Source: Lama guanicoe
Taxonomy: Eukaryota
NCBI GenBank assembly: GCA_013239625.1
Contig: MU054323.1
Location: 5,321,220 to 5,385,219 of the forward strand
Length of the DNA stretch: 64,000 bases
Direction of reading: 5' to 3'
Positions within the stretch are counted from its first letter, which is position 1; the number at the start of each line of letters is the position of its first letter. The position numbers were made by a program, and so were the translations under genes. Below are positions 23,996 to 37,605 of this stretch, piece after piece. The notes beneath the pieces are model-generated. The model was given only the letters and a program-made list of their open reading frames with translations. It did not search any database and was not told the origin of the DNA.

Positions 23996-26900
23996 CAATA
24001 TGCCACTTTTTTTGCCATTAGGTTAAACACTGTTCACAATCTGGAGGAGACATCTACTCTGACTTAGCTGCTCCTGATCCTCCATCTGGGCCATCAGGAT
24101 GTGTCATCATTAGCAGTCTTAATTGGAGAAGTTAGGCGTTTGGTATCAAAGGGGCACAGAATTCAGCTGAGTTTAGACACTCTACTATCTACCTACCGAA
24201 ATCCAAAAGAGGGAATAAAAACGCTCGGGGGTAGCAAAAGCTGTAACTTAATTGGTAACACCTGCAGAGAGCAGGTGATGAATGTATGGGGAGGATAAGG
24301 GATATCTCCAATCTTTTTCTGTTGTCATTTCCCCATACACACATCCCTGTTGAGCAGGATACCTCTAGCAGTCTGAAACAAACCCGTTCGGGAAAAGAAA
24401 AAATATCAAACAGAAAAAGATATTCTAATACTAACAGCACTTTCAGGAATGCAGTTGAAATTCTTAATAAAAACTATTTCATCTCTTTCCTTTCTTCCCA
24501 TCACAATCTAAGTTATTGAGGGTAAAAATTCAAATGAACATATCTCACCAAAATATTTATTCAAATAGGAATGTTAGTGATTTCAGATGCTTGCCGGCAG
24601 AGGGGAAACAGAAAGATAAACGACTTTCTCACCCTACTCGGGAGTTATTGTTATCTGCTAGCCTGTGATGTTCCCTCATTATCGTGGGGTACACACATCC
24701 AGGCAGTGCATAATTTGGGAACCAAAAGTAAAATAGTAAAACATTTCTCAAGATGCTTTCACCATTTCACCATTTTTTAAAAGAATTTAAATTCAGGGAA
24801 AGAAGCATAACTCATATTGCCTCTCCCCAGGCATTAAAATTCTAAGCACAAAACTATGTGCATTGCTTCACCACAGGATGCTACCAACATTTTGCAACGA
24901 GCAGCCCGGGATCCCAGTCCATGTGACCCCTGAACCTTCTAGAGTAATGCCAGCATTGCCAAAGTACATTCACCACATTGTACAGATTGTCCAACTGAGG
25001 TCGGAGGGAGGAAGGCAGCCATAACTTTTCTCAGATCCATCCAGCGACAGTCAGGAGAGGAATGTCTTCCAGTCTTCCTACCAGTGGACAAAATGATCAC
25101 TGGAGCTGTTTACTTCCATTTTAATCAGTCAGCCAATCAAGTCTGAAATGAGAGCTTGCTTAATTACACTCTCAGCCCTGCACTTCGCTCTGCTGTAAAG
25201 CGCTAGGAGATGGAAGTGCTGCTTTGCCCTCTAGGAAACCTGCCTGAGACACACCTGAAGCAATTAGAGAACAATACAGGCGGAGCTGCAATTAAGCGAG
25301 GAGACGTTAAGCAGAGTGATGATAAGTGCTGTGAAGGGCTGCAAGGTGTGGCTCCAGCGGGCGGGGAGGGGTGCTGTCAGAAAGAGAGGGTCCTTTCTCC
25401 CCTGGCTGCATCATCACCCTTCCCAGCCCTCTCTGGCTGCACCATTCAGGACTGACAGGAAGCAGCTCCTCAGATGGGGCGCCCCCTGTGCAGCTGCCAG
25501 GCTCCTCTCTGGTTCTCCTCCCACTCACTGTCCGGCTCTGTCCCGGGCTGATGCTCTAGTTACTGCCTGAAATCCTCTTCCATCAGCCTGTTTCCAAGTG
25601 CTCCCAGGTCTGTTTAACATCTCCCCCAGGCGAACTCCCCATCACCTCTTCCCTGGCCAATCCTTACCTTCCTTCGCATTACACCCGAGTCCGTCCCATT
25701 CTGTCCCAAAGATACACCTTTGTTCTTTTCCTAACCAGTCTGCCACACACCTGTAGCAATTACAGATATTTAAAAATAAAAGGATCTTTAGTAGTCCCAA
25801 GGGTGGTCTCCGGGGTATGGTATGACAGATTTCTCCAGAAGTACTAAGTAAAGCACCATGAGATGAGGTCAATATCCTCAGAAGATAATGGCTAATTTTG
25901 GTACATATAGAAAAATGTTTAGCTCCAGACTGATTCCTCCTTCAGCCACACATCAGCCAATGGCCTTCATATCATCCTCTCTATCAGAGTGCCTGAATGT
26001 AAGTTTCTTGCAAAAGACAGCTTTTACAAAAAGAAAATAAAAAGAATAGTTATTTAAATCTGACACCTTTTTATGCCTTTATTTTTTTCCAAACTAATAT
26101 GTCAAACTAATTCAATTTATCTTGTCCATTTTTCTCCAAAGGACGACATAGATCTCAAGTAAATGAATATGCTCTAGATAATATGGAAGGGAGTGCAAAT
26201 ACATACTCACACGTAGACCATTTCAGTACTGTAATATAACCAGAGATAGAAAATTTTAATTCAAAAGTTAACGATTCATATATCACTTGTTATCTTCACC
26301 TGTCAACACTTCTGACAGCCTATTTTAATATTTGGATTTTTTTTATACTTTATCTTGTAAAAAGAATTTTATCCCTTTCTCATTGTATTCCTCAACATGG
26401 AAAAAAAAAGAGGTCAGACTAGAGTTTTAAATTTTATGTATAGAGGATGATAACAATGGTTTCTAGAGACAAAAAAAAAAAGGTTCCTCTCCTCATAGGA
26501 AAGGACTGATTTGTCTTCAGCCATAGCAGCAAGTAATCACCAGAACCAATTCTATATCCATTCTAACTGATCAATAACAACTTCGTATCAGGAACCGTGC
26601 GTCTGCCTCCACTTTGCCCCCGCCCCTCCTAAGCACACACTGGAACCAAACACTAGTCAAAACCCAGAGTGAGCCTCAGTAACTATGAACCCCAAACTGA
26701 GACCAAACAATGTTTCCTGAGCTACAAACTAAATTAAAGTATTTTTTTAAACTCATAGAAACAGTGTAAACAGCAACTGACCTTCCCCTCCCTCATCCAC
26801 TTCAAAATTACTGAACTTGGACAAACCCGGTACATCAAAATAGTATCTGAATCAGGAGTTTAATCCTCCTCCCCGGAGGCAGAAAGGGGCCCAACAGGAT

Positions 26901-29900
26901 AACTTCAGGGTAACCCCGGGTCCAGCAGATGCAGGGCAAATGGCTCCTGGTTTCTAAAGGCCAGGCAATCAGTGACAGCCTGATATTTCTGAAAGTTAGC
27001 CAATGAGTAGCAATGATTTTCAATAACCATACTTACACAGTTTAAGATCCACCAATACCTAAATACTCTTGTTTCTGAAATTCTACCAATCCCTGAACTC
27101 CACAATTTCTGACTCCCTACACAAGGTAATTTCTCTGCTTTGTTCAGGGAGGGCTCAAAAGTAAATTCTCCTTCAATCAGCAAGGAATAAATTCACATCT
27201 CTGTATCAGATATGGAGAGATGGCTGCTTTCATTTAATCTAATTTGATATCTCACTAGTCTATTATAGTCAAAGATTATTCATTTACTCATTATTTATAC
27301 TCCTATTTATTTCAAATAGCATATAAGGTAGTTATAAAAACCAACCAATGGCCCAAGTTGCAATGTGCAGAAGGTTGGTCTACAATGAAATGAGCCAATA
27401 AAATCATTGTTCAGACTTGTGGGTTTATTTAAATGTAACATGTCCATCGGTCATCCATATTTCTGTACCCCTCTCCCAATGGCTCCTAAGATCTAAGCTT
27501 CAGGCAAATTATCACACAGTGAGGAGAAAGGTTATAGAATATCACAATGTACTTACACAGAGTACAATGTATCCCTTGTACACTGGTGGGCAAAGTCAGC
27601 CCCTCCAAGGTTAGCCTTCATCTCAGAATGTTGAGACATCATATGCTTGAATGAAGATTCCAACATTTATCCAATGTGTTCAATACAAAAAGTGAGAGAA
27701 CAAGACTGAGATATCTCCCTTACATATACTTGAGGTATCTGAAATCATAAAATCTCTTGTGAATAGCAATTATTTTCTTAGAAACAAAAAACTGCTATGA
27801 GACTGTGCATAAGTCATTACGTACCATTCTGTTTAAAGTAGAATTATATATTTGTCAGAAGATCTCCAATAAGAATGCCAGATGCATAATTGTAAACATC
27901 ATTGTTCTCTTTAAGTTATTTCAAAATGTCATTTATGGATTGTCTCTACTTTACCCAAGTTTATGGATATAAAAAGCACAAACATTTATTGAAGACCCCA
28001 TAAATAGAGTGACTTATGTATATTATGGTCGTCTGAGCTCTGTAGGACTTACTGTGTCAAGAAAGAGTTCATTATCTATTTTATAAATGAGAACCAAGTC
28101 CCCTAGCATACTGTGTTTAGCCATGATAAATATCACGACTCTCCAAGATCCTTTATATCTTCTGAGCAAGCTTGCCTGCCATCTGCTACAAACCTGCCTG
28201 CATGGGCTGTCTGGTTTCTCTGGTTCTGATCTCAATGCTTCTGGCCAGGCTCTTCCCCCACATATAAGCTATCCTTTCCCCCTTCATCTCTGCCCACCCA
28301 AATCCACTCCTTTGTCTCCGACTCCTTATCCAACAGGAAGGTATACTCTGTCACTTCGTGAGATCTCCATCTCCCTCCTCTGAGCTTACTTACATACCTG
28401 GTCCCAGTCAAAGCATTTATTTATTCATTTACTTAAAAACATTACAGTTTACCTTGCTGGGAAGTATACGGATGTTTGGTAATTGCCAACTGTTGCCTGG
28501 TATTGTAGTTATCTGTGTACCTGCCTTTTCCTTCCTTATTAGCCGTTACCTTCCTGGAGTGCAATGGATGTGCCTTTTCCATCATACGGTGCATAATACA
28601 TGCTAAGCGGAGGAACAAGTTTGCCTTTGGCAGGGCAGGAGGGCGCACAGGAGGTGAACCAAGTAAGCAGCACGCGATTTACTTACCAAACAAGTATCTG
28701 ATCTCTTCTGGTTTATTTCATTTACCAGATTTCCCTTGAACAGTTTGAAAAAAATGTTCCTTCTGCCATGGATGAATCATGAACCCTCTAAGAAACAGAA
28801 GTTGAAGCAGTATATTCACAGAGTGCATAAAATAAGTTTCAAACCTCCAGCTATTGGTAATTGTCAATCATTTTAAAAGTCTATCAATTTAGCTCCTATG
28901 CTGCTAGAACTCTGTGTGCTTGAATATCCCTAAGGACACCGTCTATTCCTGGGATTATCGTGTTTGTGGATCTCTCAGAAGCATGGAAGAGACCTCCCAG
29001 AGGCTTGTTAAGATAACTAACAGTAACCAAGCTCAAACAAGGAAGGGGAATGGCACCGGACCATTTCTCTTTCAGTTTGGAGGGCAGAGAGACTGATGGT
29101 GTTCCCCTGTGACCGCCACATGCTGCGCATGTATTCGGAACCGAGATTTTTATGAGCACGAACACCACATGCGGTTGTTGAAGAAAAGAGCCTTGTGCTG
29201 GAGAGTGAGAAAACAAACTGGGGGAGACAGAGCCCATGTCTTCAAGGTACTCACAGTGTTTACGGCAGGGGCTCCCCCTTGTATAGGTCCACCCCCTGGC
29301 CCGGGTCTGTGCAGCCCCCACGGCCCATGGCTGCCAGCCTGCCTCCCTCCGTGGAGGTGCCTCCCGAGGCTGGGTCCCACTCCTCCCCCCCACCTGTCTG
29401 CTCCGAGAGCTCATCTGCTTGCAGCGCTTCCACTCTCACCAGGATGTAAATGGCTCCCAAATCTATTTCTCCACTTTGCATGTCTCTCTCTACATCACAG
29501 GGTACTTACTGCATACTGTTGGCAGGCAATCATTACTCAGTAAATACTCGCTGCCTGATTGCAGGATAAGATGGAAGTAATCTTCTTCCAGGTAAATGCA
29601 TTAAGGGCTTTTCTGGGTCAAGATGGCCTTGCTCTTCCAAAATTCAAAACTAGAGAGAAAAGGATGAAATTACTACAGGGACACTCCTTAGATGTATAAT
29701 TTTTGCTCGGTGTCTGCTGTTTTACCTGCTCAGCACTCCTCCTCGTTCTGAGATTGCTACCTTGCCTTCCACCCCACATGTCCATTACCACGTGACCCTA
29801 GAACGGACTCACTACGTGGCCACCTGACCCAAACGAGGCTCAGGACCCCCTTCCCTGGGATTTTTGAACTTGGAACTAATAGGCACTCTCTCTGCTTGAT

Positions 29901-30364
29901 GCCTGAACCTAATAAATATGAAACTCCAGCGATGTTTTTCTTCACCAAGTCAGTAACTCAACAAATACTTACTAAGCAACTACTATATGCTAAAGCATCA
30001 TGCAGTGAAGGATTCGAATGAAAGTCTCTGGCCAGGAGTAGAGGAAGACAGAAGATAAGTTAAGTGTTCAGTAAGTGGACATATAGTATCAGATGTGATA
30101 AGCCAGAAATCCACTGTCCAAAGAAATAGCTATCTGATCACCTGCATAATTTTGAGTCAGACTAAGAAGGAAAGAAAACAAAGCAAGAATAGAATGTTCA
30201 TGATAACACATGCCGTTTTCCCATTAGCTTTTCTACGGCTTTTAAACGTGAAAACAGTAACAATGACAATTCCAGTTTAGGAAAGGAGTTCGAAGTGTCC
30301 AGCAATGCATTCAGTAGAGTCCGTATCTCAGTTAACCTGTACGCCTGCCCTTTTGAGATATGCA

Positions 30365-30520
30365 CTAAAAATTAGCCTGATTTTATGAGTGAAGGAGCTG
30401 ACTCACAGGGAAGTCCAGTGATTTGGCCAGCATCACAAGGTGAGCAGCAGAACCAGCGTTAAAACCCAGGAGGCCTCCCGCTAGAATCCTGGCTCTTACT
30501 GCTCATGGTACCATCCTGGT
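30365..30520 (-). mobile_element. MIR SINE
   Basis: 'attttatgagtgaaggagctgactcacaggg...tgatttggccagcatcacaagg...aaaacccagg'. Confidence 0.65.
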
Positions 30521-31769
30521 ACTGAACAGCCTCCGCATCCAGAAACCGTGCTGAATAAAGGACATCTTGCCTCAAGGAGCTCGCAGACAAACTGGGTAGG
30601 CAAATCCATCAGGGGACAAGTGTGATACAGCAGCTGTCGTTACATGGACAAAATTATGTAGGAGTATAGAAAACTGTGCGTGGGCTGAAGTCCTCAGCTC
30701 CACTCAACCCTCTGGAGTCCTCCAAAGGCCAGGCCCACAAGCAGATCAGCTCTGACCTCGTGCCTGCTGCTGCTTCATATGGCTGGATGTGGGAGAAAGC
30801 CCTTCGGGATGTGGAAGGGGCAGCTCATTTCTGCTCTCATACTTTGAACAAGTTGTCCTTGGTGTTTGCTCAAAGTGCAAGAGAGGGAGCAGCGTGGCTT
30901 CTGCCCACCGCCCAACCTAGCTCTTCTTTACAGCTTACTTAAAAGAGAGCACTTGGGAATGTTCTTAGGACTTCCGCCAGGCAAATGCACCGGTACAGCC
31001 AGTGCAGAACGACGCATCGCTACAAATGTGAATTCAACATCAAATGGGAAGGTGCTTCTTAACTCTCCATTCAATGAAAAATGTATTCCAAATGACTTTA
31101 CTGGGATTTTTAATTTTTTTTTAATGCAATATATTTCCACTAAATTGGCTACCCGTGAGTTAAAGAGAGGACAGTAGGAATGCGCAGTTTCCTCCTTCAG
31201 TCATCAGCCTGTTCTCTCATTTTTCAACCCTCTGCAACGGCCTTCCTACAAAGAAAAGCCCGGGTCAGGAATTCTGTCTCCCAGAGCCCAGAGCAGAGTG
31301 AACTCCTTCTCAAAGAATCTCTAGCCTGTGGCCTGAGCAGCAGCCTGAAGGGAAAGGGGTGGGGGCAGAAGAGGGTCCGGGAAATGTAGCAGAAAAGTGG
31401 GTTAGGAAGGCGTCTTTAGAGTTCTCTTACAAGCTAAAGTGCTGGAAATTGAATGTCAGAGCCCAACCAGGTTTTCCTTCCCTAAGGGCACCTTTTCTCA
31501 TCTGGAGAAATATTAAGTTCATTTCGACACCGCTGTCCTGGAATTCACAATTGCTATCAGTTCAGGGAACAGCCGCACATCCAGGACTGATTCATCCCCG
31601 ACAGGGTCTTCCAAGGCCCCTCTCCAGGCAGGATGCATCTTGTCTCGGTGCCCCCAGCACGGACTCCCACACCCTCCCCGGACTTCCACATTTTCAGTAT
31701 AACTGGGAGAAGGGGAGAACCTTGTCTCATTCATTCAGAATCCCTGAGAGTTTGGAAGAGTGGGAAGAG

Positions 31770-32370
31770 CATGCGTTTGAGGTTAAGCACATCCAGTTTA
31801 AACTCTGGCACTTACGTCTAATCGGTGAATGATTGACTTAGGCTACTTAACCCCTCAGGGGTTCCATTTCTCACCAGTACAAGGAGACACAGCAATACAC
31901 ACCTATCCAATGTCCTCTGATCATTAAAAGAAAAACCAAAGCAACTCACACTTTGTGAAAGGTTGCCTTGGGCTGGGCACTGGTCTGAGCTATGCACAGG
32001 TATGGTTTCCTTTAATCTTTGCAACACACCATCAGGTAGATCCTAGTCTGGGCTCTGTTTCATAGATATGGAAATTGAGGCTTAGAGAAGGTACAAAGAA
32101 AACTTGCCTAAGGTGCTTAGCGTGGACTGCACAGAATAATCATAATAATAACAACAACTATGCTTTATGGCACGCTGACTCTAGGCCAGAGAGGTGCCGA
32201 CAATGTCACCTCTTTGTCTCAGGTGTTCCACATTTTTTCAGCTAAGGAGCCTGTATCCTAAAACTATGAAGTAAGTTTCTGTGGCTATTCAATCATTATG
32301 TAACAGAGCAGAGATGTAACCCCAGATCTTTGAGTCAGAGTCCTTGAGCTTAACCATTACAGACTGCCTA
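31770..32370. mobile_element. Cluster of MIR fragments (one +, two -)
   Basis: 'ctacttaacccctcaggggttccatttctca' (+); 'catagatatggaaattgaggcttagagaagg' (-); 'agagcagagatgtaaccccagatctttgag' (-). Confidence 0.65.
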
Positions 32371-32386
32371 GAGGTGGCAGTCTCAC

Positions 32387-32388
32387 CA

Positions 32389-32436
<48 letters not shown>

Positions 32437-32462
32437 CACACATATATATACATATATGTGTG

Positions 32463-32498
<36 letters not shown>
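32387..32498. repeat. Compound (TG)n/(CA)n/(TA)n microsatellite
   Basis: About 112 nt of unbroken pyrimidine-purine alternation. Confidence 0.98.
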
Positions 32499-32501
<3 letters not shown>

Positions 32502-32999
32502 GCCCCATATTTTGTCAAATCAAATTGACACTATGGGGAATTTTCCCTTCAAGCACGTTAGATTCCTTAGAGAGAAAATATAATCTTATGCATAATGGAT
32601 CTGATTTTCTCTTTAGTTTCTTCACAGAGAGGGATTTAAAGAAAGGAAGGCGAGGAAGATTTGGGGTGTGCAGGACTCAACCCCAATTGTTCAGCTCTTG
32701 GACTGAAGCCTGGATTAGGGAACCAAAATCCACAACATTCATTGCAGGCTCCCAAGCTGCTAGACTCCGTAGCCACATTTTTGAAAATGGACACAAAGCA
32801 CTTCCTCCCCAAGTTTCATTGCCAAAGCAATGGTAGTAATACAAGCAGCTAGTAAGAGAGGGTTGATTAAGTACAGTCTATCAACTTGATAGCACATCAT
32901 ACCTCCAACGAAAACAGTAATTATGAAGACTAGGAAAAAAAGCACAGTAGAGTGCTGGAATGTTTACCATCTGATGTTATCTGATAAAATACAATGTAA

Positions 33000-33155
33000 T
33001 GTGCACCCTATGGTTGCATCTATTTAAAATACGAATATATATGAAAATTAAAAGCAGATGTTAATATAAAATGAACAAAATATGTGTGGTACTTATGATG
33101 GTAGGATTCTGGGCAGTGTCGTATAGATTTAAAAAACATCCTATTGTTTCCACAG
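33000..33155 (+). mobile_element. L1ME-like 3' UTR remnant
   Basis: 'aaaatatgtgtggtacttatgatggtaggattctgggcag...tgtttccacagtaaaacat'. Confidence 0.4.
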
Positions 33156-34281
33156 TAAAACATCAGCAGTCAGTGGCAGAAGACACTCTGCACACCGCCC
33201 CGAGGGGAGTGCCATGGAAGAGCCGGCACTGACCATTCACACACCTTCCTCCTGCCATCTCCCCCCTCCCCCACAGACACAAGGAAGACTAACAACAAAA
33301 TCAGCACCCGTAGTGGAAAGTTGTTCTGTGGCCCACAGGACATACGCTGCCTTTCATGTGACGCTTTAGCAAGGCGGGGATAGGCTGTATATCCTCCCAA
33401 CACCACTTTCAAATGAAATACAGGATGTGCTGGAACCTGCTGCCCACTGGGGCATGGAGGAGAAACGGCGGGTCCATGACGTGAACCGGGCTCTTCACAG
33501 CCAGCCCAGGGTTTTTCTTTATACCCTGATGATCGCAAAGAGCAGCGTGTGCACTGGGAGAGTGCACAGAAACATACTGATTCTCCGCCGGTTATGGAAA
33601 ATATGCTTCATGTTTTACTTTTGAGACTGTCAGTATGGCTGGAGGTGTAGATGATGTTACAAGACTGAAAGAAAGATGCCATCGGACAAGGGGAGACGTC
33701 GGGAGCAGAAATGATTTCCTTACTAACTTAAGCCTTTCTACTGAAATCCCAGGAAAGGCAAAGAGGCTGAGGACTTGGGCACTTCCCTTCCTTTCTTCTG
33801 AGGGCCCATTTACAGTCATCCTCGCTCCTTAAGCCCTGTCCCCCTTTGCCGGTGTCCTCTCCTTGTCCTCTCCCAGGCTCACGTCTCTGGGTTAGGAGGG
33901 TTTGTCTCGGTGCTCCCTCCCGAGCTCAATCAGAGCTTCAACCCTGATCTCTCTGCAAAATTAAAGGCTTAACACCTGTGTCAAAAAGCAGGCTTAGGGA
34001 AGAGCATTTGGGAAACCATGAATTTACACGATTCTGTTCAACAGCCAAGACATCATTGCTCTCACCCTTCCTGTCTGTGCACTTCTGGGCCCCATCAGCA
34101 AAGGACCACGTAAGGGTGAGGGGGACCCCTACTCTGTGCAGAGCCCTAGGACGGACAACCCAAGAGGGAGGCTCTGCTTGAAGACTTCATAGACTGACTG
34201 AGAGTAAGAGAGGATGTTCTGTGGGATGGGGCCAACTGTGCACGCCTCACGCTTCTCCCTGCTGGTACTGTGTGAAAGAGG

Positions 34282-34282
<1 letters not shown>

Positions 34283-34320
<38 letters not shown>

Positions 34321-34328
34321 CGTGTGTG
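34283..34328. repeat. (TG)n(CG)5(TG)n microsatellite
   Basis: 'tgtgtgcgtgtgtg...tgcgcgcgcgcgtgtgtg'. Confidence 0.97.
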
Positions 34329-35478
34329 AATAATTCCAGGAAGTCAAGTCCAGGCCTTTTGAAATGTATCAAAAATCTATGTCCACAGTAACCTGGCATC
34401 TAATTTCCTGCCCCAGCCTCTCTGTTTAATAAAGGAAGAGGCTGCCTATCTCACAGCACTTTTCCTTTTATTCAAGTTCAGCCTTCCCTCCTGCCTTGGT
34501 TGTAGGTCATGATCTTGGCTGCTCCCTACAGATTGAAAAGGTTGACTCCTAGATCTATAAGTGACCAGCTTAATTCTAGAGCGACTGCCTGAAGTACTTC
34601 ACCGTGGTTGAGTTTCCACGTCATTTACCCCTGACATTGTCTCCTGCATGAAAGTGCGAGGAGATTCAAGGAGCTGGCATTTGCTCCCAAGGTCTCCTTT
34701 AGTGGAACAATGCCTAACATGCTTCTTAACTCGCTCTGCCCCCCGAAACAACTCTCTTCTCCCCAGTACTTCTGTCCTCCGAAGCAACAGCATAACCCTT
34801 AGCAAGAGAAGAGCTTTACTCAGAACTCTCAAGTCTTAGTATCCTGAAACTTGTGTGACACCCACGGGTGAGGTCACAACCTGTCTCTGCGCTCCAAATC
34901 CCAGGCCTCCAGAACAGCCAGAAAGCCTGGTTTTGTAAGAACAAGTCACCTGAATGTCCAAAAATTCCTCTGACACCATCTAGAAGACAAATAAAGAAAA
35001 CATCATTTTTTTTTGTTTTGAAAAGAAATGTGAGGTTTTTTTTTGCCTCATTTGGATTTTTGCTTCTTCAATTTATTTTCATTTTTCAAATCGCCCACTT
35101 ATCTTACTATATTAAAGCTTAAAAACATTAAAATCAAGATAAAATCTTGATGAGTCTACAGCTGATTTTACTAGATTCCTCATTCTAGAAATAGAATTTC
35201 TAGTTTCCCAAAAACAAGCCCCTAAAAGCAGCATTCTCTGGTAAGGGAGCCAGTATTTAGAATTTTACAAGTGCAAGGAGTCAAACGGAGTTTCTAAAAT
35301 CAGAAGTCACTCGGAATCAACATTTTCTCCGAAAATGCAGATGCTATGTGCTGAAATATTAATATTCTGTTCAGTTAACAGAATGTCCTCCCATGGGTTC
35401 TGCACACCTCCTGAGTCTGAAAGATCTGATACAAATCGACCCTGTTATATCGTGTACTCCGAACACTATCCCCAACGC

Positions 35479-35506
35479 CACACACGCACACACACACACA
35501 CACACA
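35479..35506. repeat. (CA)n microsatellite
   Basis: 'cacacacgcacacacacacacacacaca'. Confidence 0.95.
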
Positions 35507-36376
35507 GGTTTGTGATATATCGTCCTATAGTGCCTCAGTTAGAGATTTATTTATTACATTAGTATCCTTTGAAGTTATTACTCACCACTGAGAATGAGCA
35601 ACCCTCCCTGGACGGACATGTATTAAGCTGGTAAGATTTCTGCTTATACCTGATGAAGCAGCTTCTGTGACGTTTATACATCAGACTTACTGAATTATTT
35701 TAAAACTTTTTGAAAATTATAAATGAAGATACATCCCATTTTATTTGTTTCTTAGCTAGAGAAATGAGCTAACGAGTCATTATTTAATTTTGCCCATGTA
35801 ACTTGGATGTGGATTGCTCTCTGTGTCGCCGTGGATCTGCTCCTTCTTTTCTTCTCTGTGTAAATATATACTCTGTCTGTTTCTACAAACCAAGGCCTAT
35901 GTGTAAGCTAAATGAGTTGCAATTTGTTCAGTTAATCGCAAGTTTCTAGAAAGTGCAAGTGTCTAATAATGCCTCTTACCCCAGGTTTGGAATTAGTGAT
36001 AAATGTCCACGATTCGAGAAAATTATTTTGAGAAAGTCCTCTTGTTAAAAATGTAAATTCTCCTGGAAGATACAACATGAGGAATTATCGTCTGCTATTT
36101 ACCTCCCTGAGAAGTTTTTGTGTGACATCCTTTATTATATGACAGATGTTATGTGGACCAAGTTGGGAAGGGAACAGTACGTCTAGAGTGTGGGCGTTAC
36201 ATGAAGGGTCTTAATGTCCATGAGGGCAACAGTCACTCAGGGAAAACAGGCAGAGAAAAGGGAGGCAGGATGTCAAAAACCATCGATTTTCTTCTTTGCC
36301 TACTGACCATATTCCAAACCTGCTACGCATGAGCTGGATCACAAAAGGAGGGTTACCACGTGGACTGCTGTGATAC

Positions 36377-36847
36377 TGTCAAAGTTGTACCAGACAGAGT
36401 TCAATAGAAAAGGAATACTTTGTGTAAGACTACTGCAATAGGAGACAGACTGAACTCAATGCCACTGAAATGAAATTCTTCAGTGTCAAATAGATGGGAA
36501 GCTTTTAGGCACTGGGTTGAGTTAGTGAAAAAAAGCACTAGAGGAAGTTGGGGCGGGGGGTTGGCTAATCTGACTGAGCCATCTGTGTTTGCTCATAGTC
36601 TCTTATCAAAGTTAGGGTCCTACCCTCCCACAGAGACTGGGAGATAGGGGTGCTATCTTTTTTGATAACATCTCAAAGGTTGTCTCCCAGGTCTTTGAGA
36701 AAATCATTCATGGGTTATAAAATTGGCAAGAGGCTGGGAGAATTGACAATTGCAGTTTTTCTAAACTACATGCTCTAAGGAAAGGGAGATTAAGGGCCAA
36801 TCTGAAGCTTAGTCAAGCTGAAGGAAACGTTAAGGCCATCTCAGTCA
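36377..36847 (-). mobile_element. MER31-type ERV1 solo LTR
   Basis: Minus strand starts 'tgactgagatggccttaacgtttccttcagcttgactaag' (MER31 5' end); TG...CA termini; near-TSD ATAC/ATAT. Confidence 0.85.
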
Positions 36848-36859
36848 ATATATAGTAAT

Positions 36860-37045
36860 GCTGTGAACATATAATGAGCGCTTACCAAGTTCTAGTTTCT
36901 TCACAAGCACTCCCTCACTTAATAGCAATGCTTTGTTGTCCTCATTTACAGATAAGGAAGGTAAAGCACAGCGAGCCCAGAGCACCTGCCCATACAGAGC
37001 CTAGGCAGTCTGGCTTTGGAGTCTCCCATCTTAACCTCTCTACTT
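36860..37045 (-). mobile_element. MIR SINE
   Basis: 'ctcatttacagataaggaaggtaaagcacag...cctaggcagtctggctttggagtc'. Confidence 0.75.
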
Positions 37046-37062
37046 CACTTCCTTGCTGCTGG

Positions 37063-37605
37063 TGTGGTAGACAGCCAACCCTTGCACCTCAATGTCTGAA
37101 CTTAAAATGAGTCCTGTGGCCCAAGTTCCCTGAGGCGAGCCACAGTGAGTGACACCCTGGGCAGTTTCCTCCCCCTGAGTGCAGGCAGAACTTGAGATAG
37201 CTCCTAGATGAGAAAACAGGTTGAAGGTGATGGGGTAGCCCTTCATGGTTATATTATGTTATATAGGACTCAGCAATCCGAACTGAGAGAGTCTCCCACT
37301 GGGTTTGAAGAAGTCAGCTGCCCTGTTATGAGAAGGCCACAGGGTAAGGAACTGTAGACAGCCTACAGAACTGAAAGCAGCCCCCAGGTGACAGCCAGCA
37401 AGACAGTGGGGACCTCGGTCCGTATTCTGATCTGAATTCTGCCAACAACCCCATGAGCTTGGACAAGAACTCTGAGTTTTGAGAACAGAGCCTGGCCGAC
37501 ACCTGGATTTCAGCCTGTGGGCTCCAGAGCAGGAGACCCAGCTAAGCCTCGCCCAGACTCCGGACTCATGCTTTAAGCTACTGAGTAAGGTAATTTGCCG
37601 TCATT
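37063..37605 (+). mobile_element. MaLR LTR (MLT1E/F-like)
   Basis: 'tgtggtagacagcc...gacagccagcaag...ctgaattctgccaacaacc...ttcagcctgtg...cccagctaagcc...tttaagctactgagt'. Confidence 0.85.

Noticed and set aside
28896..29543. Overlapping 172-aa (-) and 144-aa (+) ORFs
   Set aside because: Explained by local GC richness; ORFs occur in several frames on both strands with no recognisable homology.
32396..32836. 146-aa ORF starting CVCVCV...YIYIY
   Set aside because: It is the translation of a microsatellite.
35132..35202. Two small 8-bp AT-rich hairpins (ATCAAGAT/ATCTTGAT; CTAGAAAT/ATTTCTAG)
   Set aside because: Short AT-rich stems are expected by chance or from decayed DNA-transposon sequence.
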